Below are positions 21,247-30,375 of a DNA stretch of 64,000 bases, piece after piece. Source of the stretch: an uncultured Chromatiales bacterium (GTDB taxonomy: Bacteria > Pseudomonadota > Gammaproteobacteria > DATFLL01); the NCBI GenBank assembly GCA_964561765.1, contig CAZLQI010000006.1, positions 3,297 to 67,296 of the forward strand, given 5' to 3'. A program made the position numbers and the translations under genes. The stretch's first letter is position 1; every line of letters begins with the position of its first letter. Under the pieces are notes generated by a model, which had not been told where the DNA came from, ran no database searches, and worked only from the letters and a program-made list of their open reading frames with translations.

Positions 21247-21471
21247 ATGAATTGCGAACGTATGGTTCGCATCATCGCGGGCTTCTTTATCCCCCTAGCG
21301 CTGGGCGTCAAAGGCAGTGCGCTGTTCCAGAACGTCAACTGACTGTGGTTTACCGGTTTTGTCGGATTGAATCTGTTCCCGAGCGGTTTTACCCGTTTCT
21401 GCCCATGGGAGACGACGCGCCACAAGATGGGCCTTAAACGCGCTACCGAGTCTTGTATACGAGTTGAATGA
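21247..21471 (+). pseudogene. DUF2892 (YgaP-like membrane domain) gene interrupted by an in-frame TGA at 21340-21342
   Basis: [59 protein letters not shown]... Both halves are in the same frame and together match the DUF2892 pattern (N.DRIxRIxxG...GLxPLxTGxxxFCP). The stop sits where a Trp is common. Confidence 0.5.
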
Positions 21472-21484
21472 GCCAGGATACAGT

Positions 21485-21913
21485 ATGAGTCAATATATTA
21501 CTTTCGTGACCCAGAATTGGGAGTTGTTCCTGGCCCTGGTGGTGATCGTGGGCCTGTTGGCTGGTCACTCTTTCAGCAGCAGTCTGCGGGGTTACCGGAC
21601 GGTGACGCCACAAGAGGCCACACGGCTGATGAATCATGAAAACGCAGTGGTGATCGATGTCCGCGAGGCCAATGAATACCATAGTGGGCACATCATTAAT
21701 GCGCAGCATATCCCCCAGGGTCATGTGCGTGATCGCCTCGGCGAGCTGGAGAGGCACAAAGACAAACCCATCATCGTGGGGTGTCGGTCAGGACAGCGCT
21801 CGGGGCGGGTCTGTGGCCAATTGAAAAAGGCCGGTTTCGAGAAAGTGTATAACCTGGGCGGGGGCGTTCTCGCCTGGCAGAATGCAGGTTTGCCGTTGAG
21901 TAAAAAAAAGTAA
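21485..21913 (+). CDS. yibN: Membrane-anchored single-domain rhodanese (YibN-like)
   Basis: N-terminal TM helix (QNWELFLALVVIVGLLAGHSF); rhodanese fold with active-site loop IIVGCRSGQRSG; followed by grxC-secB-gpsA as in E. coli. Confidence 0.8.
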   Translation: MSQYITFVTQNWELFLALVVIVGLLAGHSFSSSLRGYRTVTPQEATRLMNHENAVVIDVREANEYHSGHIINAQHIPQGHVRDRLGELERHKDKPIIVGCRSGQRSGRVCGQLKKAGFEKVYNLGGGVLAWQNAGLPLSKKK

Positions 21914-21929
21914 GAACGGGGGAAATACC

Positions 21930-22196
21930 ATGAGTGAAGTCGTGATATATGCCACCGGTATGTGTCCATACTGCATACGTGCGAAGATGCTGCTGGATGA
22001 TAAAGGCGTAGCCTACACCGAGATACGCCTTGATCTTGAACCTGGGCGGCGCGCCGAGATGGAGCAGCGTAGCGGGCATACGAGCGTGCCACAGATATTT
22101 GTTGGTGCGCGCCATGTGGGTGGCTGTGATGATCTGTATGCCCTGGAGCGCCTGGACGAACTGAACGGGCTGCTGGGGGAAACCGCCGCGCTGTAA
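21930..22196 (+). CDS. grxC: Glutaredoxin 3
   Basis: 88 aa, VVIYATGMCPYCIRAKMLLDDKGV...; CPYC active site. Confidence 0.85.
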   Translation: MSEVVIYATGMCPYCIRAKMLLDDKGVAYTEIRLDLEPGRRAEMEQRSGHTSVPQIFVGARHVGGCDDLYALERLDELNGLLGETAAL

Positions 22197-22332
22197 GCGG
22201 GGCGCCGCGTTTTGTGTTGCCCCCAGGCATGATGTCACTGCCAAGCGTGGATCAATCTGGTAAAATGCCACAGTCCGCCACTGCGTGGGCGGAAAACCGA
22301 ATTTTTCCATGTATCTTTCCCAGGAACCGACG

Positions 22333-22797
22333 ATGGCTGACAATGCGCGAGACCAAGATGCTGAACAACAGTTCGGCATTCAGAAGATCTATGTCAAGGA
22401 TATTTCCTTTGAATCCCCCAATGCACCGAGCTGCTTCACCGAGCAGTGGGAACCCGAGGTCAAGCTGGAGCTGAATACGGCTGGAAACGGTATCGGCGAC
22501 GACCTCTACGAGGTCGTGCTGTCGTTGACCGTAACGGCAGACAATGCCGACAAACCGGCCTTTCTGGCCGAGGTGCAGCAGGCCGGTATCTTCGTGCTCA
22601 ACGGTTTCAGCGAAGAGGACATCAGCGGCATGTTGGGCAGCTTTTGCCCGAACATCCTCTTCCCCTATGCCCGCGAGACGGTCTCCGATCTGGTGATTCG
22701 GGGTGGTTTCCCACAGTTGTTGTTGGCGCCGGTCAACTTCGACGCGCTCTATGCCCAGCATCTTCAGGAACAACAGGGTAGCCAGGTGCTCAATTGA
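22333..22797 (+). CDS. secB: Protein-export chaperone SecB
   Basis: MADNARDQDAEQQFGIQKIYVKDISFESPNAP...; AGGA SD 7 nt upstream of ATG 22333. Confidence 0.85.
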   Translation: MADNARDQDAEQQFGIQKIYVKDISFESPNAPSCFTEQWEPEVKLELNTAGNGIGDDLYEVVLSLTVTADNADKPAFLAEVQQAGIFVLNGFSEEDISGMLGSFCPNILFPYARETVSDLVIRGGFPQLLLAPVNFDALYAQHLQEQQGSQVLN

Positions 22798-22830
22798 GTC
22801 TGGCCGTCGCCTGAGTGGTCTCCCGGTAGA

Positions 22831-22838
22831 CCCCCCCC
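22831..22838. repeat. C8 homopolymer abutting the gpsA start codon
   Basis: taga cccccccc atg read directly; no Shine-Dalgarno purine run. Confidence 0.85.
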
Positions 22839-23852
22839 ATGTCTGCGACACCTACAGGTCCCATCGCCGTCCTCGGTGCCGGTTCCTGGGGCACGGCTCT
22901 GGCCATCCTTCTGGCGCGCAATGGTCACGATGTTGTGCTCTGGCATCACCGTGCCGAGGCGCTGGCGGCCATGGCGGCGGCGCGGTGCAATACACGCTAT
23001 CTGCCCGCAGTCGTTTTTCCCGATGCGGTTCGATTGGAAGCGGATCTGGGTGCGGTGGCCGAGTGCGCTCGCGACCTGCTCATCGTCGTGCCCAGCGGCG
23101 CATTTCGGAGCATGATGGAGGCGCTGGCACCGCATCTGCGATCGGGGCAGCGCTTGTGCTGGGGCACCAAGGGGCTGGAACATGGCTCCCGCAAGCTACT
23201 TCACACGGTTGCGGCCGAGATCGTTGGCACGGCATACCCTCTGGCAGTCATTTCGGGACCCACCTTTGCGGGTGAGGTGGCACGCGGCCTGCCGACGGCG
23301 ATCACCGTGGCCTCCGAGGATGCAGCCTTTGCACAGGACATCGCGCTTTGGCTGCATGGTGAGTGCCTGCGCGTCTATACCAGTGCAGATATCGTCGGTG
23401 TACAACTTGGCGGTGCAACCAAGAATGTGCTGGCGCTGGCCGCGGGTATTGCCGATGGCCTGGGTTTTGGCGCCAATACCCGTGCGGCATTGATCACCCG
23501 TGGCCTGGTTGAACTCACCCGCCTGGGAGTGGCCTGCGGGGGACGCAGGGAGACCTTCATGGGGCTGGCAGGATTGGGCGATCTGGTGCTGACCTGCACC
23601 GATGATCAATCGCGCAATCGTCGCGCCGGGCTGGCCCTGGGCCACGGCGAAGCGCTCGAAGACGTGTTGTCCGGCATTGGCCAGGTGGTCGAGGGCGTGC
23701 GTGCGGCGCGAGAGGTCCGTGCCCTGGCCAGGGAGCATGGCGTTGAGATGCCGATCGCCGAACAGGTCTACCGGGTCCTCTACGAGGGCTATGCACCACG
23801 CACTGCGGTCGATGCCCTGCTGGAGCGATCCCCGAAACCGGAAGGACCCTGA
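22839..23852 (+). CDS. gpsA: NAD(P)H-dependent glycerol-3-phosphate dehydrogenase
   Basis: IAVLGAGSWGTALAILLARNGHDVVLW...; 337 aa. Confidence 0.9.
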   Translation: MSATPTGPIAVLGAGSWGTALAILLARNGHDVVLWHHRAEALAAMAAARCNTRYLPAVVFPDAVRLEADLGAVAECARDLLIVVPSGAFRSMMEALAPHLRSGQRLCWGTKGLEHGSRKLLHTVAAEIVGTAYPLAVISGPTFAGEVARGLPTAITVASEDAAFAQDIALWLHGECLRVYTSADIVGVQLGGATKNVLALAAGIADGLGFGANTRAALITRGLVELTRLGVACGGRRETFMGLAGLGDLVLTCTDDQSRNRRAGLALGHGEALEDVLSGIGQVVEGVRAAREVRALAREHGVEMPIAEQVYRVLYEGYAPRTAVDALLERSPKPEGP

Positions 23853-24094
23853 CACGCTCGGCTGCACTCCCTCCCTGGCAGGGACATCCCGCCCGTTCAG
23901 CACACATTCAGTCGCTTCCCCCTAGTTTGGGTACCCACAGGACACACCGTGTGTGCCGCATGCTATGGCGCCCCGACAGGGCAGGGGGTTTGGTCCCCCG
24001 GTGCCAGGGCGTGTATCCTTGATACTGTCAGCACGGCCCGGACGGCGTGGCGCACGCGCCCGACCTGTAGACCCGATAGAAACGAGGCGTCGGT

Positions 24095-24385
24095 ATGTCC
24101 ATAAAAACACTGTTGTTCTGTCTGTGCGGCCTGTTCCTGTTCGGGGCAGGCTCGTCGGTGGCAGCACCGACGGCAAGGGTGGCATGGCGCCTGGCGGACG
24201 TGGGCCTGCGTATCAGCGCCAGCGAGGCTGCCGCCAGGGTGCAACGACGTGTGGGTGGGCGCATCCTGGCGGTGGAGACCGTTCAGGCGCGCGGGGGGCG
24301 GTATTATTATCGTATCAAGATCCTCACGCGCCGCGGTGAGGTGCGTGTCTACCGCGTCGATGCCGGCAGCGGGCGCATGCAATAA
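24095..24385 (+). CDS. Small secreted PepSY-domain protein
   Basis: 96 aa; signal peptide; PepSY-like GGRILAVETVQARGGRYYYRIKILTRRGEVRVYRVDAGSG. Confidence 0.6.
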   Translation: MSIKTLLFCLCGLFLFGAGSSVAAPTARVAWRLADVGLRISASEAAARVQRRVGGRILAVETVQARGGRYYYRIKILTRRGEVRVYRVDAGSGRMQ

Positions 24386-24399
24386 GGAAACGGGCGACT

Positions 24400-25086
24400 G
24401 TGCGTGTACTGGTGATAGAAGACGAACCGGCCCTGCAGGCGCAGATCAGCGCTTATCTCCGGACCGAAGGGCATCGGGTCGATGGCAGTGGCGATGGTGA
24501 GGAGGGACTGTATTTCGCCGAGGAATACCCACTTGATGCGGCTGTTGTCGACCTGGGTCTGCCGGGCATATCGGGGCTCGAAGTCATCCGCACCCTGCGC
24601 GCACGCGGCGAGATCCTGCCTATTCTGATCCTCACCGCCCGTGGCCGCTGGCAGGACAAGGTCGAGGGGCTCGATGCTGGCGCCGACGATTATCTGGTCA
24701 AGCCGTTTCACATGGAAGAACTCCTGGCGCGGCTCAAAGCCCTAGTCCGCCGCGCTGCCGGCACCGCCCGCACTGTACTTGAGTGCGGCCCTCTGCGCCT
24801 GGACCTCGACACACAACAGATCTATCTCCACGATGAGCCAGTGGTACTCACCACCTACGAATACCGTCTGCTGGAATACCTGGTCACGCATCGCGATCAG
24901 GTGGTGTCCAAACAAACCCTGGCGGATTATCTCTACGCGCACGATGATGAGCGCGACAGCAATGTCATCGAAGTGCTCATCGGCCGGTTGCGCCGCAAGC
25001 TCAGCCCGGATGAGAGGCATCGTGCCATTACCACCCTGCGCGGGCGTGGCTACCGCTTCACTCTGGGGGATGAACCCGGCGCATGA
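24400..25086 (+). CDS. phoP: OmpR-family response regulator, PhoP-like
   Basis: GTG start; MRVLVIEDEPAL...AAVVDLGLPGISGLEVIRTL...LPILILTARGRWQDKVEGLDAGADDYLVKPFHMEEL aligns closely with PhoP. Confidence 0.8.
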   Translation: MRVLVIEDEPALQAQISAYLRTEGHRVDGSGDGEEGLYFAEEYPLDAAVVDLGLPGISGLEVIRTLRARGEILPILILTARGRWQDKVEGLDAGADDYLVKPFHMEELLARLKALVRRAAGTARTVLECGPLRLDLDTQQIYLHDEPVVLTTYEYRLLEYLVTHRDQVVSKQTLADYLYAHDDERDSNVIEVLIGRLRRKLSPDERHRAITTLRGRGYRFTLGDEPGA

Positions 25087-26426
25087 ACCTGCGTGTGCGC
25101 CTCGCCCGCTGGTCGCTCAGTCGCCGTATGGTGCTCAGCGTCTCGCTGGTGTTGGCCGTGTTTATCGTTATTACCGCACTGGCCCTGGAGCAGGCCTTTC
25201 GCGAGAGTGCGCGCTCGGCCATGCACGGCAAATTGCTGGCCCAGGTGTATCTGCTCATTGCCGCGGCGGAGGTCGATGTCGGCGGCAAGGTACACATGCC
25301 CAGGACCCTGGCCGAGGCGCGTTTCGATGTGCCAGGTTCGGGCTTGTATGCCGAGATCAGTAATGCACGAGGTCGAGTGGTGTGGCGTTCGTCTTCCACC
25401 CTGGGTCAGGCCTTCCCGTCGCTGGCCCGCCTGGGTGTTGGGCGCGAACGCTTCACGACACGGCGCCAGGCGGGTCGGGCCTTCTTTGTGCTGGGTTACG
25501 GTGTGCGCTGGAACACCGCAGGGAGATCCTACCCGCTGACCTTCGCCGTGACTCAGAATCAGACCGATTATCGGGCTCAGCTCAACCGGTACCGCAACAG
25601 TCTGTGGGGCTGGCTGGGGGGGATGGCGGTGTTGTTGCTCATCGTCCAGGGGGGGGTGTTGCGCTGGGGGTTGACCCCCTTGCGTGATGTGGCGCGGGCG
25701 GTGGCCGACATCGAGGCCGGTCGTACGGCGCGTATTACCGGCGTGTATCCGCGTGAGCTCAAGGGCCTGACGGACAGCCTCAATGCACTGCTCAAGCACG
25801 AACATGCACAGCAGACCCGCTACCGCCATGCGCTGGCCGATCTGGCTCACAGTCTGAAGACGCCGTTGGCCGTGCTGCGCGGTGCGCCGAACGTGGCCGA
25901 GACGGCGTTGATCGAACAGATCGATCAGATGGACCGCCTGGTGGCCTACCAGTTGCAAAGGGCGGCAACGGCGGGGCGCAGCGGCTTGCGACCACCGATA
26001 GCGCTTGCTCCTCTGCTCCAGCGCCTGTTCGACTCGCTCGACAAGGTCTACCGTGACAAGGGTGTGCGTGCCGAGTTGGATATGGAAGATGCACTGTGCG
26101 TGCGGGTCGACGAGGGCGATCTCATGGAGTTGTGCGGCAACCTGTTCGACAACGCCTACAAGTGGTGTCGCACACAGGTTCAGGTCGGTGTTGCCCTGCA
26201 GGGCGGGACGCTGGATATCGCTGTGGAAGACGATGGTCCGGGCATTGCCGAGGTGGATGCCGGGCGCCTGCTGGGCCGGGGGGTGCGCGCCGATGCCTCT
26301 GTGGCAGGCCATGGTATCGGACTGGCCGTGGTGCGCGACATCGTGCAGGCCTATGGCGGTCAGTTGCGTATTGAACGCACCCCGCAGGGCGGGGCCCGTT
26401 TTCATATCACCCTACCACTGGGTTAA
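25083..26426 (+). CDS. phoQ: Sensor histidine kinase, PhoQ-like (periplasmic sensor + HAMP + HisKA + HATPase)
   Basis: Two TM helices flank a roughly 140 aa periplasmic domain; H-box HALADLAHSLKTPLAVL resembles PhoQ; HATPase G-boxes; 4-nt overlap with the RR gene. Confidence 0.75.
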   Translation: MNLRVRLARWSLSRRMVLSVSLVLAVFIVITALALEQAFRESARSAMHGKLLAQVYLLIAAAEVDVGGKVHMPRTLAEARFDVPGSGLYAEISNARGRVVWRSSSTLGQAFPSLARLGVGRERFTTRRQAGRAFFVLGYGVRWNTAGRSYPLTFAVTQNQTDYRAQLNRYRNSLWGWLGGMAVLLLIVQGGVLRWGLTPLRDVARAVADIEAGRTARITGVYPRELKGLTDSLNALLKHEHAQQTRYRHALADLAHSLKTPLAVLRGAPNVAETALIEQIDQMDRLVAYQLQRAATAGRSGLRPPIALAPLLQRLFDSLDKVYRDKGVRAELDMEDALCVRVDEGDLMELCGNLFDNAYKWCRTQVQVGVALQGGTLDIAVEDDGPGIAEVDAGRLLGRGVRADASVAGHGIGLAVVRDIVQAYGGQLRIERTPQGGARFHITLPLG

Positions 26427-26488
26427 GTGTCGGTCTTGGCGGCGGCGCTGAATTGCGTGGGCCTGAGTCGATGCGTGTATTGTCGTCA

Positions 26489-27331
26489 TCAGTGCGTGGC
26501 GCCGAAGTACATGGTGGACCAATAGCCGGTCAATCCCTGTGCCATTGGCGCGTACTGTGAGAGCCGGGCGGGTACCAAATGGGCCGAAAAAGTGTCGGTG
26601 CGCAGTGCCTTGGTGGCGGCTTGTCCGGCGGGGCTTAATAGTGCCTTGCGGATCTGTGCCACCATCGTGCCCGGTAGGCGGTGGCTGAACGTGAACACGG
26701 GACCAGGGAAAGTACTGCTGACCAGAAAGGCCTGCAAGTGGTGGTGTGGGTCCATCTTCTCAATGGCTGTTCGGGTCGCGACGCCGTAATCACACGTCTT
26801 GTCCTCTACGGCTTGAATAATCTGTTTTTGACTGTTCATCAATACATAGGCGGGCAGTCGTGCCGGATCGGTGTAGTAGCCATCCGCCCACAGCCCGGAC
26901 AAGGCGGGTGCGGGCGTGTTACAAAAGCGCCTGCCATAGGTGGTCTCAATGGAGGTAATACCGCTACCCCGGCGTGAGAACATGACCAGTGATTTCCCGT
27001 TGGCTACGCGCGGACCCAGCACGGCTCCCTGATTGCGTATCCGCCAGGCAGCGAATTGCGCGCCATCGAAATACACATCCCCCTTGTTTGTGCGGGTCCA
27101 TTGTTCGTAGCGGACCCAGTTGAGCGGGCTGAGAAACACGAACTTTTTCCCCGTCACCTTCGAGAGGAAATGTGTGATTGGCGCATAGACGCGCTGCGCC
27201 TCAGCGGCACTGGCCATCGGCGGGGCGGTAAAAATATAGGGGGATGCCGACAGGGCAGGTACGGCATACAGGCCCAGTACGAGCATGGATGCAAGGACCC
27301 TATTTTTGCAGCTGCGGGAATAAATACGCAT
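26489..27331 (-). CDS. Periplasmic PhnD/SsuA-fold (type 2 substrate-binding-like) protein
   Basis: 280 aa with signal peptide; no adjacent ABC permease or ATPase; immediately downstream of the ArnT-like gene on the same strand. Confidence 0.55.
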   Translation of the reverse strand: MRIYSRSCKNRVLASMLVLGLYAVPALSASPYIFTAPPMASAAEAQRVYAPITHFLSKVTGKKFVFLSPLNWVRYEQWTRTNKGDVYFDGAQFAAWRIRNQGAVLGPRVANGKSLVMFSRRGSGITSIETTYGRRFCNTPAPALSGLWADGYYTDPARLPAYVLMNSQKQIIQAVEDKTCDYGVATRTAIEKMDPHHHLQAFLVSSTFPGPVFTFSHRLPGTMVAQIRKALLSPAGQAATKALRTDTFSAHLVPARLSQYAPMAQGLTGYWSTMYFGATH

Positions 27332-27708
27332 TCATTTTCTCCAATACAATAACAGCAGTGATATCGTTCATCGGTCGTTTTCCCCCACGTCCATTGTGCT
27401 CCCATAAATCGGGTGCTGGTGGCTGATGCGTATCCTGACCGGACTGACTCGAGACGAAGATGCCCGCGTCGCATCGGGTGCCATCATGTGCACCCAATCG
27501 TTTACCCCGGTTTGAGGGCAGTCAACGATCAGTGATTCCGTTTTAAGCTTGCTGAACGAGGGCGCTACTATCGCCCTATGTGGTGCGGTGAGCGATCAAC
27601 AGTAGTGATCTCGCACAGATACTTCAATCTCTGATTTTGAGGTATCCCCGCAGATGACGCCGTTGCGTTGAACGACACTACGTGCATAGCGGAAAAAAGC
27701 GGCCAGAG

Positions 27709-29376
27709 TCAGGGCTGCATGCCGATGGGTACCAATGCGACCCAGCGGGGGGTCTCGCCAACGATACGGTAATGCAGGCCCAGTGCATCGAGATGGGGCA
27801 GCAGCGTGCGGGGCGCAAATCCCAACGCCTGGTGCAGGTGGTGCCACTGTGCGACAAATTCCCGCAGGGTCGGGATATAGCGTCCCTGCAGCGGGTGGCG
27901 TGCGTGGCGGATCCCGAAGCGCAGTTCGCCCTGATAGGCGACGAGCGTCATGGTGCGTTGCAGATAGACCGGCAGGGTTTGCTGGTAGCCTCCAATGGAG
28001 TAGACCGGCACCCGTGGCTGATTATAACCGGCCACCTCCGCCACCAGTGCCCGGGTCGAGTACAGCGGTCCCAGCACTGCCGTTCCGAGCAGAAACAAAC
28101 GGGTGGCGATGATCCAGCTCACTGCCACCAGGAGCAACGCCGGAAACCGTCGGTGGCGCAGAATCCAGGCCGCCGTGGCGGCGATGATCACCACCCCACC
28201 GGCGGCGTACAGCCAGGGCGACAAACTGGGCATATAGGCCGCGGCCGGCGTGCCGGCAGACAAGCGCGGACCCCATACCCCGGCCAGTACCAGCACCCCG
28301 CCGGCCAGCAGGCTCAGCACCGGGACGGAGCGCAAGGCGCGGTGTTCGACGTCCATTGCCTGGGCGATCAACACCGCAAGAGCCGGCATGATCGGCAGGA
28401 TATAGCTCGGCAGCTTGGAATGGGAGACCGAGAAGAACACAAAGATGAAGACTACCCACAGCCAGAGTACCAGGTCGGTGTCGAATCCCTGCCTGGCGCC
28501 CTTCCCGAACTGCCTGTGCAGCGGGTGCCACAGACCGCGTGCCGTGCCGCTCAGCCAGGGCATGACGGCGATCAGCAACAGCGGAATGAAATACCAGATT
28601 GGCCCCGCACGATGCGATACGGAGGTTAAAAAGCGCAAAAACTGCTGCGCCATGAAAAACTCCCAGAGAAAATCTCGGTTTTGAATCGATACCGCAATAA
28701 ACCAGGGCAACACCAGCGCGAAAAATACCATGAGACCCGGAAACAGTCGCAAACGGCGTACCAGCCCCCAGTCACGTCGGATCAGCAGATACAGCCCCAA
28801 CACCGCGCCGGGTAACAACACGCCAACGAGGCCCTTCGACAGTACGGCGAGTGCGGCGCCGGCGTAGGCGGCCAACATCCACAGCAATGCATCGCGGGAA
28901 CCCGGTGGTGCGCGAATCGCCAGTAGAAAACCGAACAGGGTCAGACTCATCGAGAAGGTGAGACCGGCATCGAGTGTAATGAAATGACCGAAAGTGCCGA
29001 AATAAAAACTGCCGCCAAGGAGGGCACCGGCGAGCCATCCGGTGGCGGGTTTGTACAGTCGCGCCGTCGCCCAGCCTACCAACAGCACGGTCAGGAAGGA
29101 GGCCAGCACCGGATACAGGCGTGCGACCCAATCGTGAATGCCGAAGATCCGGTATCCCAGCGCAACGCCCCAGTATTGCAGCGGGGGTTTCTCGAAATAT
29201 CTAAAACCGTCCAGTCGGGGTGTGACCCAATTGCCGCTAACCAGCATTTCCCGGGGGATTTCGGCATAGCGCCCTTCGTCGGTGTTGAACAACGGGCGGT
29301 GGCCCAGGCCCCAAAACCAGATCAGGGTAAAGGCTGCCAGCATGAGCAGGGTACGATGGCGTGAACCGTGTCGCAT
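27709..29376 (-). CDS. arnT: ArnT-like GT83/PMT_2-family undecaprenyl-phosphate-sugar:lipid A (or protein) glycosyltransferase
   Basis: Start taken at MRHGSRHRTLLMLAAF. YAEIPREMLVSGNWVTPRLDGFRYFEKPPLQYW parallels ArnT (ARYAEISREMLASGDW...KYFEKPIAGYW). About 12 TM helices. Confidence 0.75.
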   Translation of the reverse strand: MRHGSRHRTLLMLAAFTLIWFWGLGHRPLFNTDEGRYAEIPREMLVSGNWVTPRLDGFRYFEKPPLQYWGVALGYRIFGIHDWVARLYPVLASFLTVLLVGWATARLYKPATGWLAGALLGGSFYFGTFGHFITLDAGLTFSMSLTLFGFLLAIRAPPGSRDALLWMLAAYAGAALAVLSKGLVGVLLPGAVLGLYLLIRRDWGLVRRLRLFPGLMVFFALVLPWFIAVSIQNRDFLWEFFMAQQFLRFLTSVSHRAGPIWYFIPLLLIAVMPWLSGTARGLWHPLHRQFGKGARQGFDTDLVLWLWVVFIFVFFSVSHSKLPSYILPIMPALAVLIAQAMDVEHRALRSVPVLSLLAGGVLVLAGVWGPRLSAGTPAAAYMPSLSPWLYAAGGVVIIAATAAWILRHRRFPALLLVAVSWIIATRLFLLGTAVLGPLYSTRALVAEVAGYNQPRVPVYSIGGYQQTLPVYLQRTMTLVAYQGELRFGIRHARHPLQGRYIPTLREFVAQWHHLHQALGFAPRTLLPHLDALGLHYRIVGETPRWVALVPIGMQP

Positions 29377-29552
29377 AGGTGTCCCGGTTTCCCACTTCGT
29401 AATTGGCGCGAGTATAGCAGGCATCCTGCCCCGGTCCAGGCTGTGCCATGGGCGCCAAGGGCGTGTTTCGGGGTACTGAACAGCGCCGTGGCGGGCCGTG
29501 AAGGCCGGGTGGGTGAAGACCGGGTCTGGCGCGCGAGTAAGGCGGGGCGGAG

Positions 29553-30230
29553 TTAGCGGGTCATCAGATAGACTCTTTCATGCAGTGCGCTCAGCCCACG
29601 GGCACGAAAGGGGGCATTTTTCGCCAAAACATCCGCCTCGGCGATGCACTCGATGGTGTGCCAGTCCTTGAAGATTGCGCGGACTTCCTCTGCGGATACC
29701 GCAAAGGGTGGACCGTCCATTTCTGCCTGCAGGTATTCCATGGTGATGAGCAGGGTCGGGGTGCCGGCGGGCTGCAAATGCTGCATCTGTCTTGCGTAGT
29801 CGAAACGCATGGCCGGTGGCAGGGCAATGAGCGCGGCACGGTCGTAGACGGCACACACGCCGTCGAGGTCCTCGGGGCGCAGTGCGAAGAGATCGCCACA
29901 GACAATAATGATGCCCTCGGCCTCCCAGCGTTCGAACTGACCCTGTCGGGTCATACGGGGGTGGAGTGCGTTTTCGTCGAAGAAGTCATGTACGGCGCGC
30001 GGACTCAGTTCCACGCCGAGCACCTCCAGTCCCTGGGCACGTAGCCAGAGCATGTCGCCGCTCTTGCCGCACAGTGGCACGAATACGCGTGGCACTGTGG
30101 CGCTGGTAGCGGCGCGGGAACCGGGCAGCTTTAGTTTTGGCCAGTAGGCCTCCAGGTGGGTGTTGGTGGTGTCTTGGTGAAAGCCGATTTGCTGCGCCTC
30201 CCAGCGTGATAACCAGAATGCGGGTTCCAT
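29553..30230 (-). CDS. tpm: Thiopurine S-methyltransferase (Tpm; Se/Te methylation)
   Basis: Start MEPAFWLSRWEAQQIGFHQ; VFVPLCGKSGDMLWLRAQGLEVLGVELS; the upstream in-frame extension in the track is unlikely to be coding. Confidence 0.8.
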   Translation of the reverse strand: MEPAFWLSRWEAQQIGFHQDTTNTHLEAYWPKLKLPGSRAATSATVPRVFVPLCGKSGDMLWLRAQGLEVLGVELSPRAVHDFFDENALHPRMTRQGQFERWEAEGIIIVCGDLFALRPEDLDGVCAVYDRAALIALPPAMRFDYARQMQHLQPAGTPTLLITMEYLQAEMDGPPFAVSAEEVRAIFKDWHTIECIAEADVLAKNAPFRARGLSALHERVYLMTR

Positions 30231-30375
30231 GTTGGCGTGTCTCCTGTTATGCATGAAGGGGCCATAGTGTGCCACGTGCGGGCGGGGGTGTGTAGCAAGC
30301 CGGTATGGGCCGGGCGGCGGGCCTGGCGTATCATGTGCGTATGTACGAGGGTGAATGTGGCGGCAAGACTGACCG

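Noticed and set aside
22252-22851. 199-aa minus-strand ORF
   Set aside because: Antisense to secB.
25050-26405. 451-aa minus-strand ORF
   Set aside because: Antisense to the PhoQ-like kinase; Arg/Gln/His-rich artefact.
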